64,000 nt of DNA from Azolla caroliniana. Lineage: Eukaryota; Plantae; Polypodiophyta. The number at the start of each line of letters is the position of its first letter. The first letter of the stretch is position 1. The translations under genes were made by a program, and so were the position numbers. The DNA is taken from NCBI GenBank assembly GCA_043228905.1, contig JBHGNT010000014.1, positions 496,001-560,000 of the forward strand, written 5' to 3'. The notes beneath the pieces are model-generated. The model was not told the DNA's origin, did no database searches, and worked only from the letters and a program-made list of their open reading frames with translations. Positions 27,121 through 39,700 of this stretch are shown piece by piece.

Positions 27121-27378
27121 TCATGGCAGTCGAGGCTGTAGAAGTCCGTTGCACTGTCGACAATGGAAGCGGAGTACATGGCAACTGTGGAAGACACAGT
27201 TCTACCCCTTTGTTCGAGTGAGTACCCCATGATGTTAGGAATAGTACTATCATGGCAGTCGAGGCTGCAGAAGTCCGTTGCACTGTCGACAACGGAAGCG
27301 GAGTACATGGCAACTGTGGAAGACACAGTTCTACCCCTTTGTTCGAGTGAGTACCCCATGATGTTAGGAATAGTACTA
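27121..27378. repeat. 129-bp tandem duplication spanning the B/A/D junctions
   Basis: TCATGGCAGTCGAGGCTG...CCCCATGATGTTAGGAATAGTACTA at 27121 and 27250. Confidence 0.92.
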
Positions 27379-27453
27379 TGACAGAGAAGAAATTAGTACT
27401 AAGAGAGGAATATTAGTACTAAGAGGAATAGAGGGTGTAGAACACTCAAGAGA

Positions 27454-27503
<50 letters not shown>

Positions 27504-27726
27504 TGATGACAACGATATATTCTGTGAGTAGAATATACAAGGAAGGCTAGGAGGCCTAAGATTGGCGTTGAACTGATTTGGTTCGAAATAATGCGTTGTG
27601 CCTCCTTTTATAGTGTTCTCATGAGTAGTCTTGAAGCTTCTAGAATGTTCCAGAGAAATCTGGAATATACATTAATTTTGTATAGTAAAACTTAAATAAA
27701 AATAATATCTTACGTATTACAATAGA

Positions 27727-27785
27727 TAGTGTAATGGTTAAGAGCTCGACCCATGTAACATAAGATAATGGGTTCGAGTCTTGCC
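27727..27785 (+). promoter_or_regulatory. tRNA-like A-box/B-box segment inside LTR of D (second copy 35881-35939)
   Basis: TAGTGTAATGG at 27727-27737 and GGTTCGAGTC at 27771-27780, with tRNA-like spacing. Confidence 0.5.
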
Positions 27786-29490
27786 ATATCATGACACTAT
27801 CGCCCCTTTAAAACGATAACGAGTGTTACGAGTCGTTTTGGATTGAGGACCCGGTTTATCTGGATATTGACGATGGAAGTTTTCAAGAAGAGGACGAGCA
27901 TTGATCACATTCTCTATTGGTTCCCAAGTATGCTCACTGGGATTATATCCCACCCAATCGACTAAATAGTAGAGCTTGTTACGAACAATCTTGGAATCGA
28001 GGATGGTGGCAACCTTGTACTTAGGTCCATCTTCAGTTCGATCGGGGGTGGAGGTTGTGGAATATGTCCTGGGATGGTGCTGTCTTAATAGTGTTTGAGG
28101 AGAGAATTATGAAACACCGGATGTATGCGACGTTGCGGTGGTAGATCGAGACGAAAAGCGACATCATTAATCTTTTCGATAATACGGAAAGGACATAGTC
28201 GCTGATAATCCAACTTCTCGCATGGGCGAGTAGTCTTGATGTGTTGTCGTAGTAGCCATACTCGATCTCCAATGTTAAAACTGAATGGAAGTTGATGACG
28301 ATTTGCGTAAACCTTGTGTGTTTGTTGAGCTTGCTGTAGATGATTAGATAAATTGGCTTGTATCTTGCCTAACCGCTCCAAACGATCCTCTGCGCAAGGA
28401 TTTGTTGGTAAGTCTGGGGTTTCAAATACACACCACCGGGGGTGACAACCCGTATAAGCATAAAATGGCGTAGCTTTAGTCGATGAGTGGACAAAGCTAT
28501 TATAGGCAAATTCGGCGAAGTGGAGAATATCCGCCTAGTCATCTTGATGATAGCTTAGAAAGCATCGAAGATACTACTCCAATGTTTGATTTGTTCGTTC
28601 TGCTTGGCCGTCTGTTTGCGGGTGGTAGTTGGAGGAGAGGTTACAAGTGACCTTGAGCATTTTCAAAAGGTGCTTCTAGAATTTCGAGACGAACTGGGGT
28701 CCACGATTGCTGATGATATTATCAGGAAGGTCATGATGCCGACATACTTCACGCATGACAATTTCGGCAGTTTCTTCACTAGAGATTTCCTTGGTACATG
28801 GCAGGAAATGAGCCATCTTCGTATATCGATCTACTACTGTTAAAATCACATTGAATCTCGTAGAGACTGGAAGATTTGTGATGAAATCTAGAGCAATGGA
28901 TTGCCACGACTTGCTTGGAATTGGTAATGGTTCTAATAAATCATATGGATGATGTCTTGGCATTTTTGCTCTACAACATGTATCACCAGTCCGAACAAAA
29001 TCTTCGAAAAATTGTCGCGTACCGAGCCACCAGAATGATCGTTGTACTAAATCTAATGTCTTAGTACTACCAAAATGCCCAGCCGTAAATGTTTCATGAC
29101 AGTTTTGGACTACTCAAAGGTGGCAAGAACCATTAGGAACATACAAGAGTTTCTTAAAGAATAGTAATCCATCATGACATTCGAATTGTGGATAGTCCGT
29201 ACCTGGTTGTTGCAACTGTGAACAAGATGCTCGAGAGGGATCAATTTGTGTTAGAATGGCTTGGGCGAAAGCATTTGTCTTCAAGTCCTCATGTATGGTA
29301 TCAATAACGTGGGAATCCAAGGGCATGCCAAAGACATGTGTTGCTTGTAGTCGTGCCGATCCCAAGATTACTTGCTTTTGGTTATCGAAAGCTGGCTCGC
29401 CGGGACGCGGTGCTAGATACGAACATCGTGATAACTCATCTGCCTTCACTTGGTGCTTCCCCGGACGATATGTGATTTTGAAGTTGAAAC

Positions 29491-30388
29491 CATAGATTGA
29501 CATATTTGCATTCGTGGGGGTTACCATACAAATACATACGAATACGCATAAGAATACATGAAAAAATATTCGTTAAAAAAAAGAGTTCCTACTTTTTAGT
29601 TTCTAATATATATATCATATAACAAAGAGACTTTCACATTAAATATGGGATATTTAACTTGACATTAAAAAGGAGGCTTACACTAAATAATATTTTTATA
29701 TAATAAATGGAAAACTTAAAACTTAAAAGTATTTGTTTTATTTTTAATAAATATAAAAAAATAAAAAATAAAAACTAAAAGGTTCATTAATTTCCCACTT
29801 TACTCTCCTACAAAAATTGATATTTTTATCTGTTATTAGAAGGGAACCTCATACTAGTAATATTTTTATAATATATATAAAACTCAAATGTATTTGTTTT
29901 ATTTTTTAATAAAAAGAAAAATAAATAAATAAATGTAAATAAATTAACTAAATAAAAGGTTCCCATAAATTTCATATTTTTATTTCACATTAAAAAGGGG
30001 AACTCACACTAATAATATTTTTATAATATTGATCAAACTTAGATGTATATGTTTTAATTTTGAATAAAACAAACAAACAATAAAATATATGTAAAATAAA
30101 TAGAATAAATAAAAGGTTCCCACAAAATTTTATATTTTTATCTCACATTAAAAAGGGGACCTCACACTAATAATATTCTTAAAACATAATAGATGAAAAA
30201 CTTTAAACTATTTGTTTTATTTTTAATAAAAAAATAGCAAATAAAAAAAAGGTTCATTAATTCTCCACTTTTTACTCTCTTGACATTAAAAAGGGGACCT
30301 TAGATTAATAATATTTTTATATATGAATTATAATATATAAAATTATTTTTTTAAATAATAAATAAATAAACGAATGGTTCTATAGATT
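29491..30388. repeat. AT-rich insertion with about five degenerate 140-170-bp units (possible DNA-transposon fragment)
   Basis: Motif ACATTAAAAAGGGGACCTCACACTAATAATATTTTT recurs at ~29662, 29832, 29986, 30144 and 30282. It occupies the place of D's gag-RT. Confidence 0.6.
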
Positions 30389-30401
30389 AACACTTGAGAG
30401 A

Positions 30402-30468
<67 letters not shown>

Positions 30469-30473
<5 letters not shown>

Positions 30474-33400
30474 AAGATATATTAACGTCTTCTAAGGCCA
30501 AATTTGGCCCATGAGACAAATAGGTTACAACAAAAATGAGTGTTTATCCAATCATCAAAACTAAAAATAAAAGAAAATAGCTTAAGCTAAGAAAGTTCTA
30601 GTAGTGTACAAAACTTTGCACTAAGCCTAATCTCATTTCCACCCAAGTCTCTCAAAAAGAAGTGGGAGGTCAAAAGTTTTTGGTGTAGGTGTGACCCATG
30701 GTCCCGATGCATAGAGTGCCCTAGCCATGGCTTCTAGGCGGTGTAGTTCACGTTCCCTTATTTTCTTTTTTGCTTCTACATCTCGTCGAGTTGCTTTGAA
30801 ACCCGACATCCGAGGGCGTTTGGTTCTTCTTTGATTTTCTACTTTATCAAGGAGAAGTCCGAGTGGTGCAGGTGTGTCGACATTCATTGTCTCCCCCTGT
30901 TCCTGAAAAACTTCATTTGTTATATGTTGGTAAACATTAGCAACATTATTATCAACGTTTTGTAATTTATTCTCTCTGTGTTGTTTCAATTCTAAGATGT
31001 ATCTACCTAATTTCTTTATATCTAGTGTATCTAATAGTTTAGGGAGGGTGGGAGAGGAACCAAGTATGTCTTGGTATTTTTCCATTATCTCGGCATAGGG
31101 GGGGCATTTGCATGTAAAATGGTACTCATCATCTATCTCTATGTGGCATAACCTACATATCCTTTCCTCCCTAGGGACTCCATTAGTACGTCCATTCTCA
31201 ATCTCAAGTTGGTGAGATGATATTCTAAGTTGACCAATGGCAACCCTTAGTGCATGTGGTAAGAATACATCTAGATATTTTGGGCGCGTGATAAAACCTA
31301 ACTCAGAGAAGTGCATAAAGTGTTCCTTATAGTACGACATTTTAGATGGGAGTGGCTCTAGTGGGGTGATCCATTTATACCAAGTATAAATTTGCCATAT
31401 TTCTTGGCGTATTACTTTATTACGGTCCTCATGAGAGATTAAAGTGTTATCAGTCGTGTGGTCGTACTTAAGGGGGGGGAGGTTAGTAATGTCTAGACCG
31501 TTGGCAAGAAGCCAACTCACCATCATGCCATACCATGAGCTAGTATAGCCGGACTCATACAGTGCTCGAGAAGCCTTAAAGGCTTGGTGGGATATTCTAT
31601 CAAGTGGTTGGTTATGTATCCTGTGTATAAAGACTACCAGTTGAAAAAGTGCTTCTACTAACATAGGGGGTAGAGTGAATTCAGCCCTAATAATGTCATG
31701 TGGGACCGACGATTTGCTTCGGAGTTGGCGTGATAACATCATCACCAATGGTCTCTCTAATTGCGGCCACATGAAAGATGGTAGTCCTGGGGCCCAAACC
31801 GCTGATGCATACATGAGAGAGGGAGTCACTAATGAGTCAAAGAGCCACCCTTTAGTTCGTGGCTCTTGGAAGTATGCTTGGTGGCATTGTCTCTCGAGGA
31901 GTGAGAGGGAGGCATGTCCTCTTGTAAGTCTATCCTTCGCTGCTTGTGTCATTGAAAATTTACCTGAGCGGGCACTGAAAGTGACTCCGAGATAGACATA
32001 TGATCCAACCACCTCAACTGGGCTATGGGAGATAGTTAGGTGACACTTAGCTCTAACTTGGGCTGACGTGTGGAAGATAAGGACTTTAGTTTTCCCTAGA
32101 TTCACTACCAATCCTCGTTGTGTGCAAAAGTCATCTAAGACATTAAGGTGTCTTTGTAGGTCATGTTCGGATTCAGAGAGCAAAACTATGTCGTCTGCAT
32201 AGAGCAAGATACGCACCTGCGTATCCCCAAGGACTACTCCATTGCCTCCCTTACGAGCAATAAAATCTGTGATCTCATCAATGTAGATCCCAAAAAGAGT
32301 CGGAGATAAGGGGCAACCTTGTTTTACACCAATACTGCTAGTGAAACTATCAGATATGCGGCCTGGGCATCGAACACACCCGGACACTTGTTCATATAGT
32401 GCGTAGATGCCCCAAACCATGTCATCTGGTATCCTCAAGCTCTTAAGCCTATCAAACAACCGCTCTCTAGGGACCGTGTCAAAGGCTTTGCGGAAGTCCA
32501 CAAAACAACAATATAGTTTCTTCTTGCGAGCCTTAGTCTGGTCAATTAAGCATCTAAGTGTGAAGATATGGTCAATAGTGGAGAAGGCTCGTCTAAAGCC
32601 AGCCTGTTCAGGTGCACGAAGATTTAAGGTCTCCATATACTCGCTAAGCTCTGCCTCCATTACTGCACCATATAATTTAGCAAGGGTATGACCTATCATA
32701 ATGGTCCTATAAGCATTTGGGTCCATGGGGTCCCCCCCTTTATGTATGGGGGCCACTGTGTTCATGGTCCATTGTGATGGAAAACCCTCTGCGAGGGCAC
32801 GATTGAAGATTAGAGTTAGCAAGGGAGCTAGGCACTCTCTCGCGTATATGATGTGTTCTGCTCGCAATCCTGTGTGGTCCATGGACTTCCTATGTTGTAA
32901 TTTCTTTATGACCTTCGTGACCCTAGAGGTCGTGAAGAGTGTCCCCACAGTAGGTCGGGGTGTAGAAGGCATTGGAATGGGTGGTTGGTTTGGGTTGTGG
33001 TAAAGTCTCTCTGTATAAGTGTGCCAAGTTTCGGGATCTTCGATGGGTGTTTGTGGTCTTGGTTCCCGTAATCTCTTCCATGCAGTGGCACAATCGCTAC
33101 TCATGAGCATGTGGTAGAGTTCCCAATATTGGGATGCCTCCCATGCTTGTCTCTTACGACGTGTCATCTTGCGCATTTCTTTACGAGCTTGTACTGAGGT
33201 AATACTACCACTGAGTTGCGATATTGTAAGTTGTCGATGTAAGCACCTACAATCCTCATCATACCATCTATTTTGTGGCATAGATCCTACTTTACCTTGA
33301 TTGGAGTGTTTCGTGTATGGGAAACTGCTAACTGCTGCAGAATGAAGGATGTGTGTGAGTTTCGTACTAAGGCTCTCTAAAGGTAGGGAGGGATCAAGGG

Positions 33401-35533
33401 AGGAGAGATGGGCTTGAACATGTCGACCATATATGTCAGAGAGCTCATGTGTGAAATGTATTGTGATGTCACTGCGTGGTTGACTAGAGTTGGTGACGTT
33501 AAAGATATCGCATTTTATCTCGAAGTATAAGAAACTATGGTCCGCGCCAATAGGACATGGGGCCACTCGGAAGGAGTTAATCATGTGGGTAGTTTCAGGG
33601 CGTCCTATTAGATAAACGACTGTGCTTTCCCCTCCTCCATGTGGGAAACATGTGAGCTCTTCCGAACTTGGCCACTTGGCTAAACCATTATATATGACCA
33701 TCTGGTGCCGACCACCGAGTTTGAGCAAATGATGGCCAAAGCTCGTGGCGTCTGCACCTTGATCCTTTGATCTACGTGTGGTGTCTATGTCTGAAGGATC
33801 GACATTTACCATTTCTAGGTTTCTATTCATTTGAAATATTGTGCATTGTCGGGATTGGGTTCTCGCATTAAAGTCTCCTACAAGGAATACTTCGCCTTGG
33901 GAAGAATATCGGATTATGTCATCCGATAGAGGTTCATATGGGGAAGGCCCATGTGGCACTCCGTCATCAACTAATCTCGCCTCGCCAGCCAGATTATAAC
34001 GAGAGCCTTTCGGGGGGAAGTAACAAATGGCGAAAATTACTGCCTTGTCCTTGCTTGTGGAGACTTTCACCCACATAAAACGAGCTTCTGGGTCTGTGCT
34101 CAGTATTTCTATCCTATTATGTAGCTCCCTCCGAAACAATATTGCGACACCTCCAGATCCCCTGGTAGTGCATCAAAGTGAGGTTTGTCTAAAAGCCGAC
34201 TCCCAACGGAATCCTTCGACTCGTGGGAGTCCCCTATTTGGGCTTTGGTGTGTTTCTACTAGGCAAACTATATCTGATTCCTTTAATATCCCCTCTAGGT
34301 GGCCGGGGTGTGTCCAGAGTGCGCTGTTACAATTCCATAAGGTCATCCTAATTGTGTTTTCTGTCACATGGGCCACACGCCGTGAATTAGTAGTGCGATC
34401 ATTTATGATCACTCGCCCATCTCGATAAAAGGCGCGATGCCTGTCTTTGCGAGCTTGCATAACCTTTGGCATACAACTCTTGCGATGCTCAATTTGCATC
34501 TTGGTGAGGTCTTCATCGAGATAGATAGGGTCCCCACCCAATCCTCGAAGAATTGGTCTCTTCTTAAAGAAAGTGATTCTAGAGTCTAAGTCTTTAAATT
34601 GAAGAACTAAGGCTCTCTTCCTAGTTGTGTCGCGTCCGGCCCTCCAAGCTTTGGTGATAAGTAGGGTCGTTGTGTACCCTAACATTTTCCCGAGTGTTTG
34701 TGCATCCTCGTCCGGGGATGCACCTTCCTTGAGCCCAGTGACACGCACATTTACGCGTCGAGCTTGACGCATTTTCTCCTCTTCGAGGGTGGTATTAACA
34801 ATATTTTCATCCTTTATTTCTTTTTTAATGTTTCTTTTAACCACATCTACCCAACCTGTTTTTGCTAACTCTATGTTATTTTTAACCTCCTCTTTAACTT
34901 TTTTGATCTCATCCTTGATGTCATTAAGTTGTTGTTTGAGGTTTGTGTTTTCCTCTTTAAGTTTTTCTATTTCGGCCTTGAGGGTGTCTTTTTCCTCTCT
35001 ATCGTTTTTCTTGTGGGTTTCGGCGTCTTTCACCCATTTTTTCATATCCGTCTCTATTTTTGTTAAACGGTTAAACATATCCAAAAAGTCCTCCTTACTT
35101 ATAGCCTCGTCTTGTGTATCCTTGTGTTCCTTTCGTTTCGACATTGTAGTGTCAATAAGAAAAGAAAAAAAAAGGATAAAATAAATGGGTTCGAGACTTA
35201 GCCGAGTTTGTGTTATGTCGTAGTCACATCGGCATTTTGCACACGACGAGCACACTAAAAGAACAAGGATGCGCCACCAAGAGAAGAAACGCAACACTCG
35301 GCAACCTCAAGAAACAAGGAGGAGAAGAGCACGACAACGACAATGGCGACTACAACGGATGATGACGAACTACAGCAGGTCGTCCAGCACGCCGACGACA
35401 GCAGACGGCGACGGACGTCAGAGGCGGCAGCGCGGCAACAGACGACAACAACACGATGGGGGGGGAGTGCATCTCGGTAGCAAGCGATGACAGACGTCGC
35501 AGACGGCAGCGACGATAGCGTGGCGCACGACCG

Positions 35534-35577
<44 letters not shown>

Positions 35578-35635
35578 AGAAGAAGCACCGGGTGGGAGGA
35601 GACAAGATTATAAACAAGAGAGAGAGAGAGATAAA
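30469..35635 (-). mobile_element. Near full-length LINE (RTEX-like) inserted in the (GA)n tract of the D 5' LTR
   Basis: ORF1-like coiled coil; APE endonuclease (WNCN, LVETH, GGVA, YFPP, GDFNAR, DHS); RT (FVDFRKAFD, GVKQGCPLSP, LLYADD); C-terminal LRISSHQL...CRLC...EYHF...C. Flanked by (GA)n. Ends are approximate. Confidence 0.88.
30633..35144 (-). pseudogene. LINE polyprotein ORF1+EN+RT in one frame (~1503 codons, one internal TGA at 34173-34175)
   Basis: ATG at 35144. ORF 35297-34173 runs from ORF1 into the endonuclease, and ORF 34139-30633 resumes 11 codons later in the same frame. Confidence 0.82.
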
Positions 35636-36796
35636 GAGAGAGAGGGAGAGAAAATGATGATGACAACGATATATTATGTGAGAAGAATATACAAGGAAGG
35701 CTAGGAGGCTTAAGACTGGTGTTGAACTGATTTGGTTCGAAATAATGCCTTGTGCCTCCTTTTAAAGTGTTCTTAGGAGTAGTCCTGAAGCTTCTAGAAT
35801 GTTCCAGAGAAATCTAGAATATACATTAATTTTGAATAGTAAAACTTAAATAAAAATAATATTCTACGTATTACAATAGATAGTGTAATGGTCAAGAGCT
35901 CGACCCATGTAACATAAGGTTATGGGTTTGAGTCTTGCCATATCATGACACATGAGTATACATTTCTTTGATTTCGGATCCAACTTCTTCCATTTCTCAT
36001 CGGGAATGTGCACATATGCGATAGTGCCGAATATATGTATCTGATGAGATAGTTCCAACACTCTTGCATAATATTTCTTGCGAGGGGTTATGTTGTGCAC
36101 TTCGGATGTTCTGCACAGGTTAATGAGATAGACAACAATATTTGCTCCTTCTGCCTAATATGATTTTGGTAGATTCTTTTCATCCATCATGGCCCGTGCT
36201 ACTTCGAGGATGTGCCAATTTTTCCTTTCGGCTACACCTTTTTGTTGTTGTGTATATCGACAAGTGAATTCCCTCTAAATGTCTTCTTGCCAAAGATAGG
36301 TTGTGAAATTGTTGGAAACGTATTCTTTTCCTCCATCTAATTGAAGACATCTTACATGCTGATTGGTTGCCTTTTCGGCTCCGCTTTTGAATTTTTGGAA
36401 GTGTGCGAACATTTCACTCTTTTGCCGCATGGGGTAGATCTAGGTCTGCCTGGAGTAGTCATCAATGAATGTGACATAGTATCGGCATCCATCAAAGGTT
36501 GCCATTTGGGCTGGTCTGCACACATCTAAATGTATTACATCCAGAAGTCCTTTACTTACGTTTCTCTCTTTCGGTAACGGTTGCTGATGTTGTTTGTCGA
36601 ATTGACAGGCTGCACATATGCCTTCAATCTCTGTATCTTTGAAAGTCGAGAGTATGATGAAAACTCCTTTCAACTGCATGCCTTTGAGTTTCTGGAGATT
36701 GATATGGCCGATTCTTTTGTGCCATAGTTCTATGTTGGAGTCAACTTTATGACTCTTTGCGAACATAGCCGATTTCATCTTGTTCGACTTGAGGAT

Positions 36797-39700
36797 TGTA
36801 AAGAATCGATGGTGATTCTGTGCAGTGGAATAGGTTAGAGATGTGTGTTGTGTGTGTGTGTGTGTGTGTTTGAGAAGAGGAGAGGAGAGAGACACAAGAT
36901 AGATAGAATGGAAAATAGAATACTCAAAAAGATGTATATTATGAAGGAGATTAAACGACACATTACAAAGTAGGAGGAGGGTGCTTTATATAGTCATCCT
37001 ATCTCTTCATTAACTACTGAAGCTCATCGGTCATGGGAAATGTGGAAACTCATTAGTTATGTGTCATAGAATATGATTCTGTGAAACATAATTAATGTGT
37101 AGAGAGTAGTGGTGACTTTTGACCTAAAGATTCTCAAGGGTGTGTTCATAGACTCGTCTAGGTTGAGCTTGATTCTCAACACGCCCCCCTCAAGCTAAAC
37201 TTGGATCGGTTCCTTTCGGTTGATGTGCACGTTGGTTGTATCCAATTCGGACGGTATTCGGTTCTCTCTTATACCCCCCCTCAAGTTTGGCAAGTCAGGG
37301 ATTTTCAATCCAAGTTCTGAGATGAATTGTTGAAGCTTGTCGGCTCTTAGGGCTTTGGTGAAGATGTCGACTGTTTGAAGATTCGTATTGATATGTTAAA
37401 GGTTGACATCTCCATCTTAAATGTGCTCTTGGATGAAGTGATAGTGCACCTCGATATGCTTCGTGTGTGCGTGGAACATCGGGTTCCGAGCCAGATAAAT
37501 ATTGCTCATGTTATCGCAGTAAAGGGGAGTCAGATCCTTGATGGGAATGCCTAGATCCGTCAAAATCATCTTGAGCCATGCTGCTTCACATGAAGCCACA
37601 ACCGCACCCCTGTATTTAGCCTTTGTGTTCGAAAGAGTGACGGTTGGCTACTTCTTGCTACTCTAGGATATTGCTCTGCTGCTGAGGGAGAAAACAAATC
37701 CGGAGGTCGATTGTCGGTCAGCTCTATAGCTGGCCCAATCAGCGTCTGTGTACCCCTCGAGTCGAATTGGTGTGGCCGATTTGTAGAGAATACCAGAATC
37801 CATTGTGCCGCTCACATATCGTAATACTCGCTTAACACAATCCAAATGAATGTCACGTGGTTTTTGCATGAATTGGCTAAGGAGACCATCTGGGTAGCTG
37901 AGGTCGGGTCAAGTGATCATGAGATAGATGAGGATCTCGATCGGTTGTTGGTATTGAGTCGGCTCATACTCTTCTGTGCCAGAGTCGATAGTCAGTTTCA
38001 GGTTTCGATCGAGAGGGGTTGCCACAGACTTACACTCAGTCATCCGGAACTTGTATAACAAGTTAAGGATGTAGTGTCGTTGAGAGATCATAATGCTGAC
38101 TAGAGTCTGAATTACCTCGATGCCAAGGAAGTAATGGAGCTCTTTCATGTTTGTCATCTCGAATTTGTCGGAGAGGAGGGACTTGACCTTGTTGATATCG
38201 ACTAGATTTTCACCTCCAATGACCAGATCATCCACGTATAGGATGATGACAATTAGACTTCCAGAATCACTTTTTATGTAGAGGGAGTTGTCAGATTTCG
38301 ACATTCTAAAGTTGATTTGATGAAGATACTGTGTTATCTTCGAGTGCCAAGCACATGGTGCTTGCTTAAGGCCTTAGAGAGGCTTCTTAAATCGGCAGAC
38401 TTTTGTCGGATGGATGTTGGATTCGAAGCCGGGTGGTTGTACCATGTACACCTCTTCTAATTCGCCTTGAAGAAAGGCGTTCTTGACATCCATTTTATGG
38501 AGGTGCCACCCTTTCGACGTTGCAAGTGCAATCACGGTCTGCACAATCGTCATCTTTGCCACCGGGGCAAAGGTCTCTTCATAGTCGAATCCATGTGTTT
38601 GTGCATATTCTTTCGCTACGAGTCGGGCTTTGTAGGGGTTGATAGAGTCGTCGGCATTATACTTCACTTTGTAAATCCATTTGCAGTTGAACACCTTTTT
38701 GTGTGGTGAGTGGGGAACTAGATCCCATGTCTCGTTCTTGCATAGTGCCCGCATCTCCTCATTCATTGCTTTGACCCATCGTGGATCATGGGCTGCCTTG
38801 GAAAAATTTTCCGGGTCACGAACTGTCGCCACCTTCATCATAAAGGCATAGTGATATGCCATATAGTCATTGTAGCCGAATTGGCTAACCGGATTCTTCT
38901 CTCGGGTGGAGCGATGGAGTTTCTCATTTGCTGATGTGAGTGCTTTGTTAACTCTGGGTGACATCATAAGAGGCATATGAAAGTCATTAAGCCCATTGTC
39001 GAGTAAATGAGCTGATTCATTGCCGTTGAATTGATTGTCTTCATATTCTGGCATTTTGGCCTTGCCTTTGTCCATCTTCGGACTTGGCCGAGATGTGCTT
39101 TGTTCGCTTGGAGGTTAGAATTGTGGTCCACTCAATTTAGTTGAGATCGAACTCTCCTCGGTTATTGACCTTAGTTGATCATCATCTTCTGTGTTGTCGA
39201 GGTCGTTCGTAGATGGTTCAGGAGTAGTCGAATCGGGTTCATACCATGATGCCGATTCATCAAAGACGACATCCCGACTTATACGAACCTTCCGAGTAGA
39301 GGGGTTGAAGCACTTGTACCTCGTTTGCTCGAGTGAGTATCCTACGAGGATACATTTCTTTGACTCGGGATCTAGCTTTTGCTGCTTCTCGTTGGGGATG
39401 TGCATGTATGCAAGTGAGATGAATATCCTTACATGGTATAGATATGGCTTCTTCCCATAGTACTTCTTGTGAGGATTAAGTTCATGGACTTTGGATGTTG
39501 TGCACCAGTTCATGAGGCAGACGACAGTATGTGCTGCTTTGGCCCAATATGACTTTGGCATGTGCTTCTCATTTAGCATGACTCGTGCTACTTCAAGGAT
39601 GTGCCGATTTCTACGTTCGGCCACTCCGTTCTCTTGTGGTGTATGTCGACAAGAAAATTCTCGCCTGATTCCTTCTTGTTGAAGGTATACCGTGAATGCA

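Larger units (their letters stand above)
16052..27194 (+). mobile_element. Ty1/copia element B (Tnt1/Tork-like), 3'-truncated
   Basis: 5' LTR 16052-16593, Met-tRNA PBS TGGTATCAGAGC 16597-16608, gag ATG 16619. Zinc knuckle, protease WVVDFGAS, integrase, RT LLYVDD and the start of RNase H, with many stops. Ends abruptly at EAEYMATVE. Confidence 0.88.
27362..35950 (-). mobile_element. Ty3/gypsy chromovirus element D (internally deleted, disrupted by a LINE)
   Basis: 3' LTR 27362-27796; 5' LTR pieces 30389-30468 and ~35636-35950. TSD CATGA at 27357-27361 and 35951-35955. Chromodomain (YLVDWVGYNPSEHTWEP) ~27850-28030, integrase WQSIALDFIT...VVDRYTKMAHF, RNase H end FKITYRPGK. Confidence 0.9.
13664..36796 (-). 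mobile_element. Ty1/copia element A (fragmented by B, D and E; 5' part not in window)
   Basis: 3' LTR 13664-13989 (TG..CA), reverse PPT at 13990. RNase H and RT at 14160-15700 (IYVDD, HYHFIRE). Integrase pieces at ~27195-27361 and 35951-36796 rejoin across D to read KCILMGYSLEQRG. Confidence 0.8.

Noticed and set aside
34173-34175. Programmed stop read-through in the LINE (and at 56779/59448 in K)
   Set aside because: Each TGA is one CpG transition from CGA, and the LINE stop falls inside the endonuclease domain. Mutation is the simpler explanation unless family consensus sequences retain the stop.
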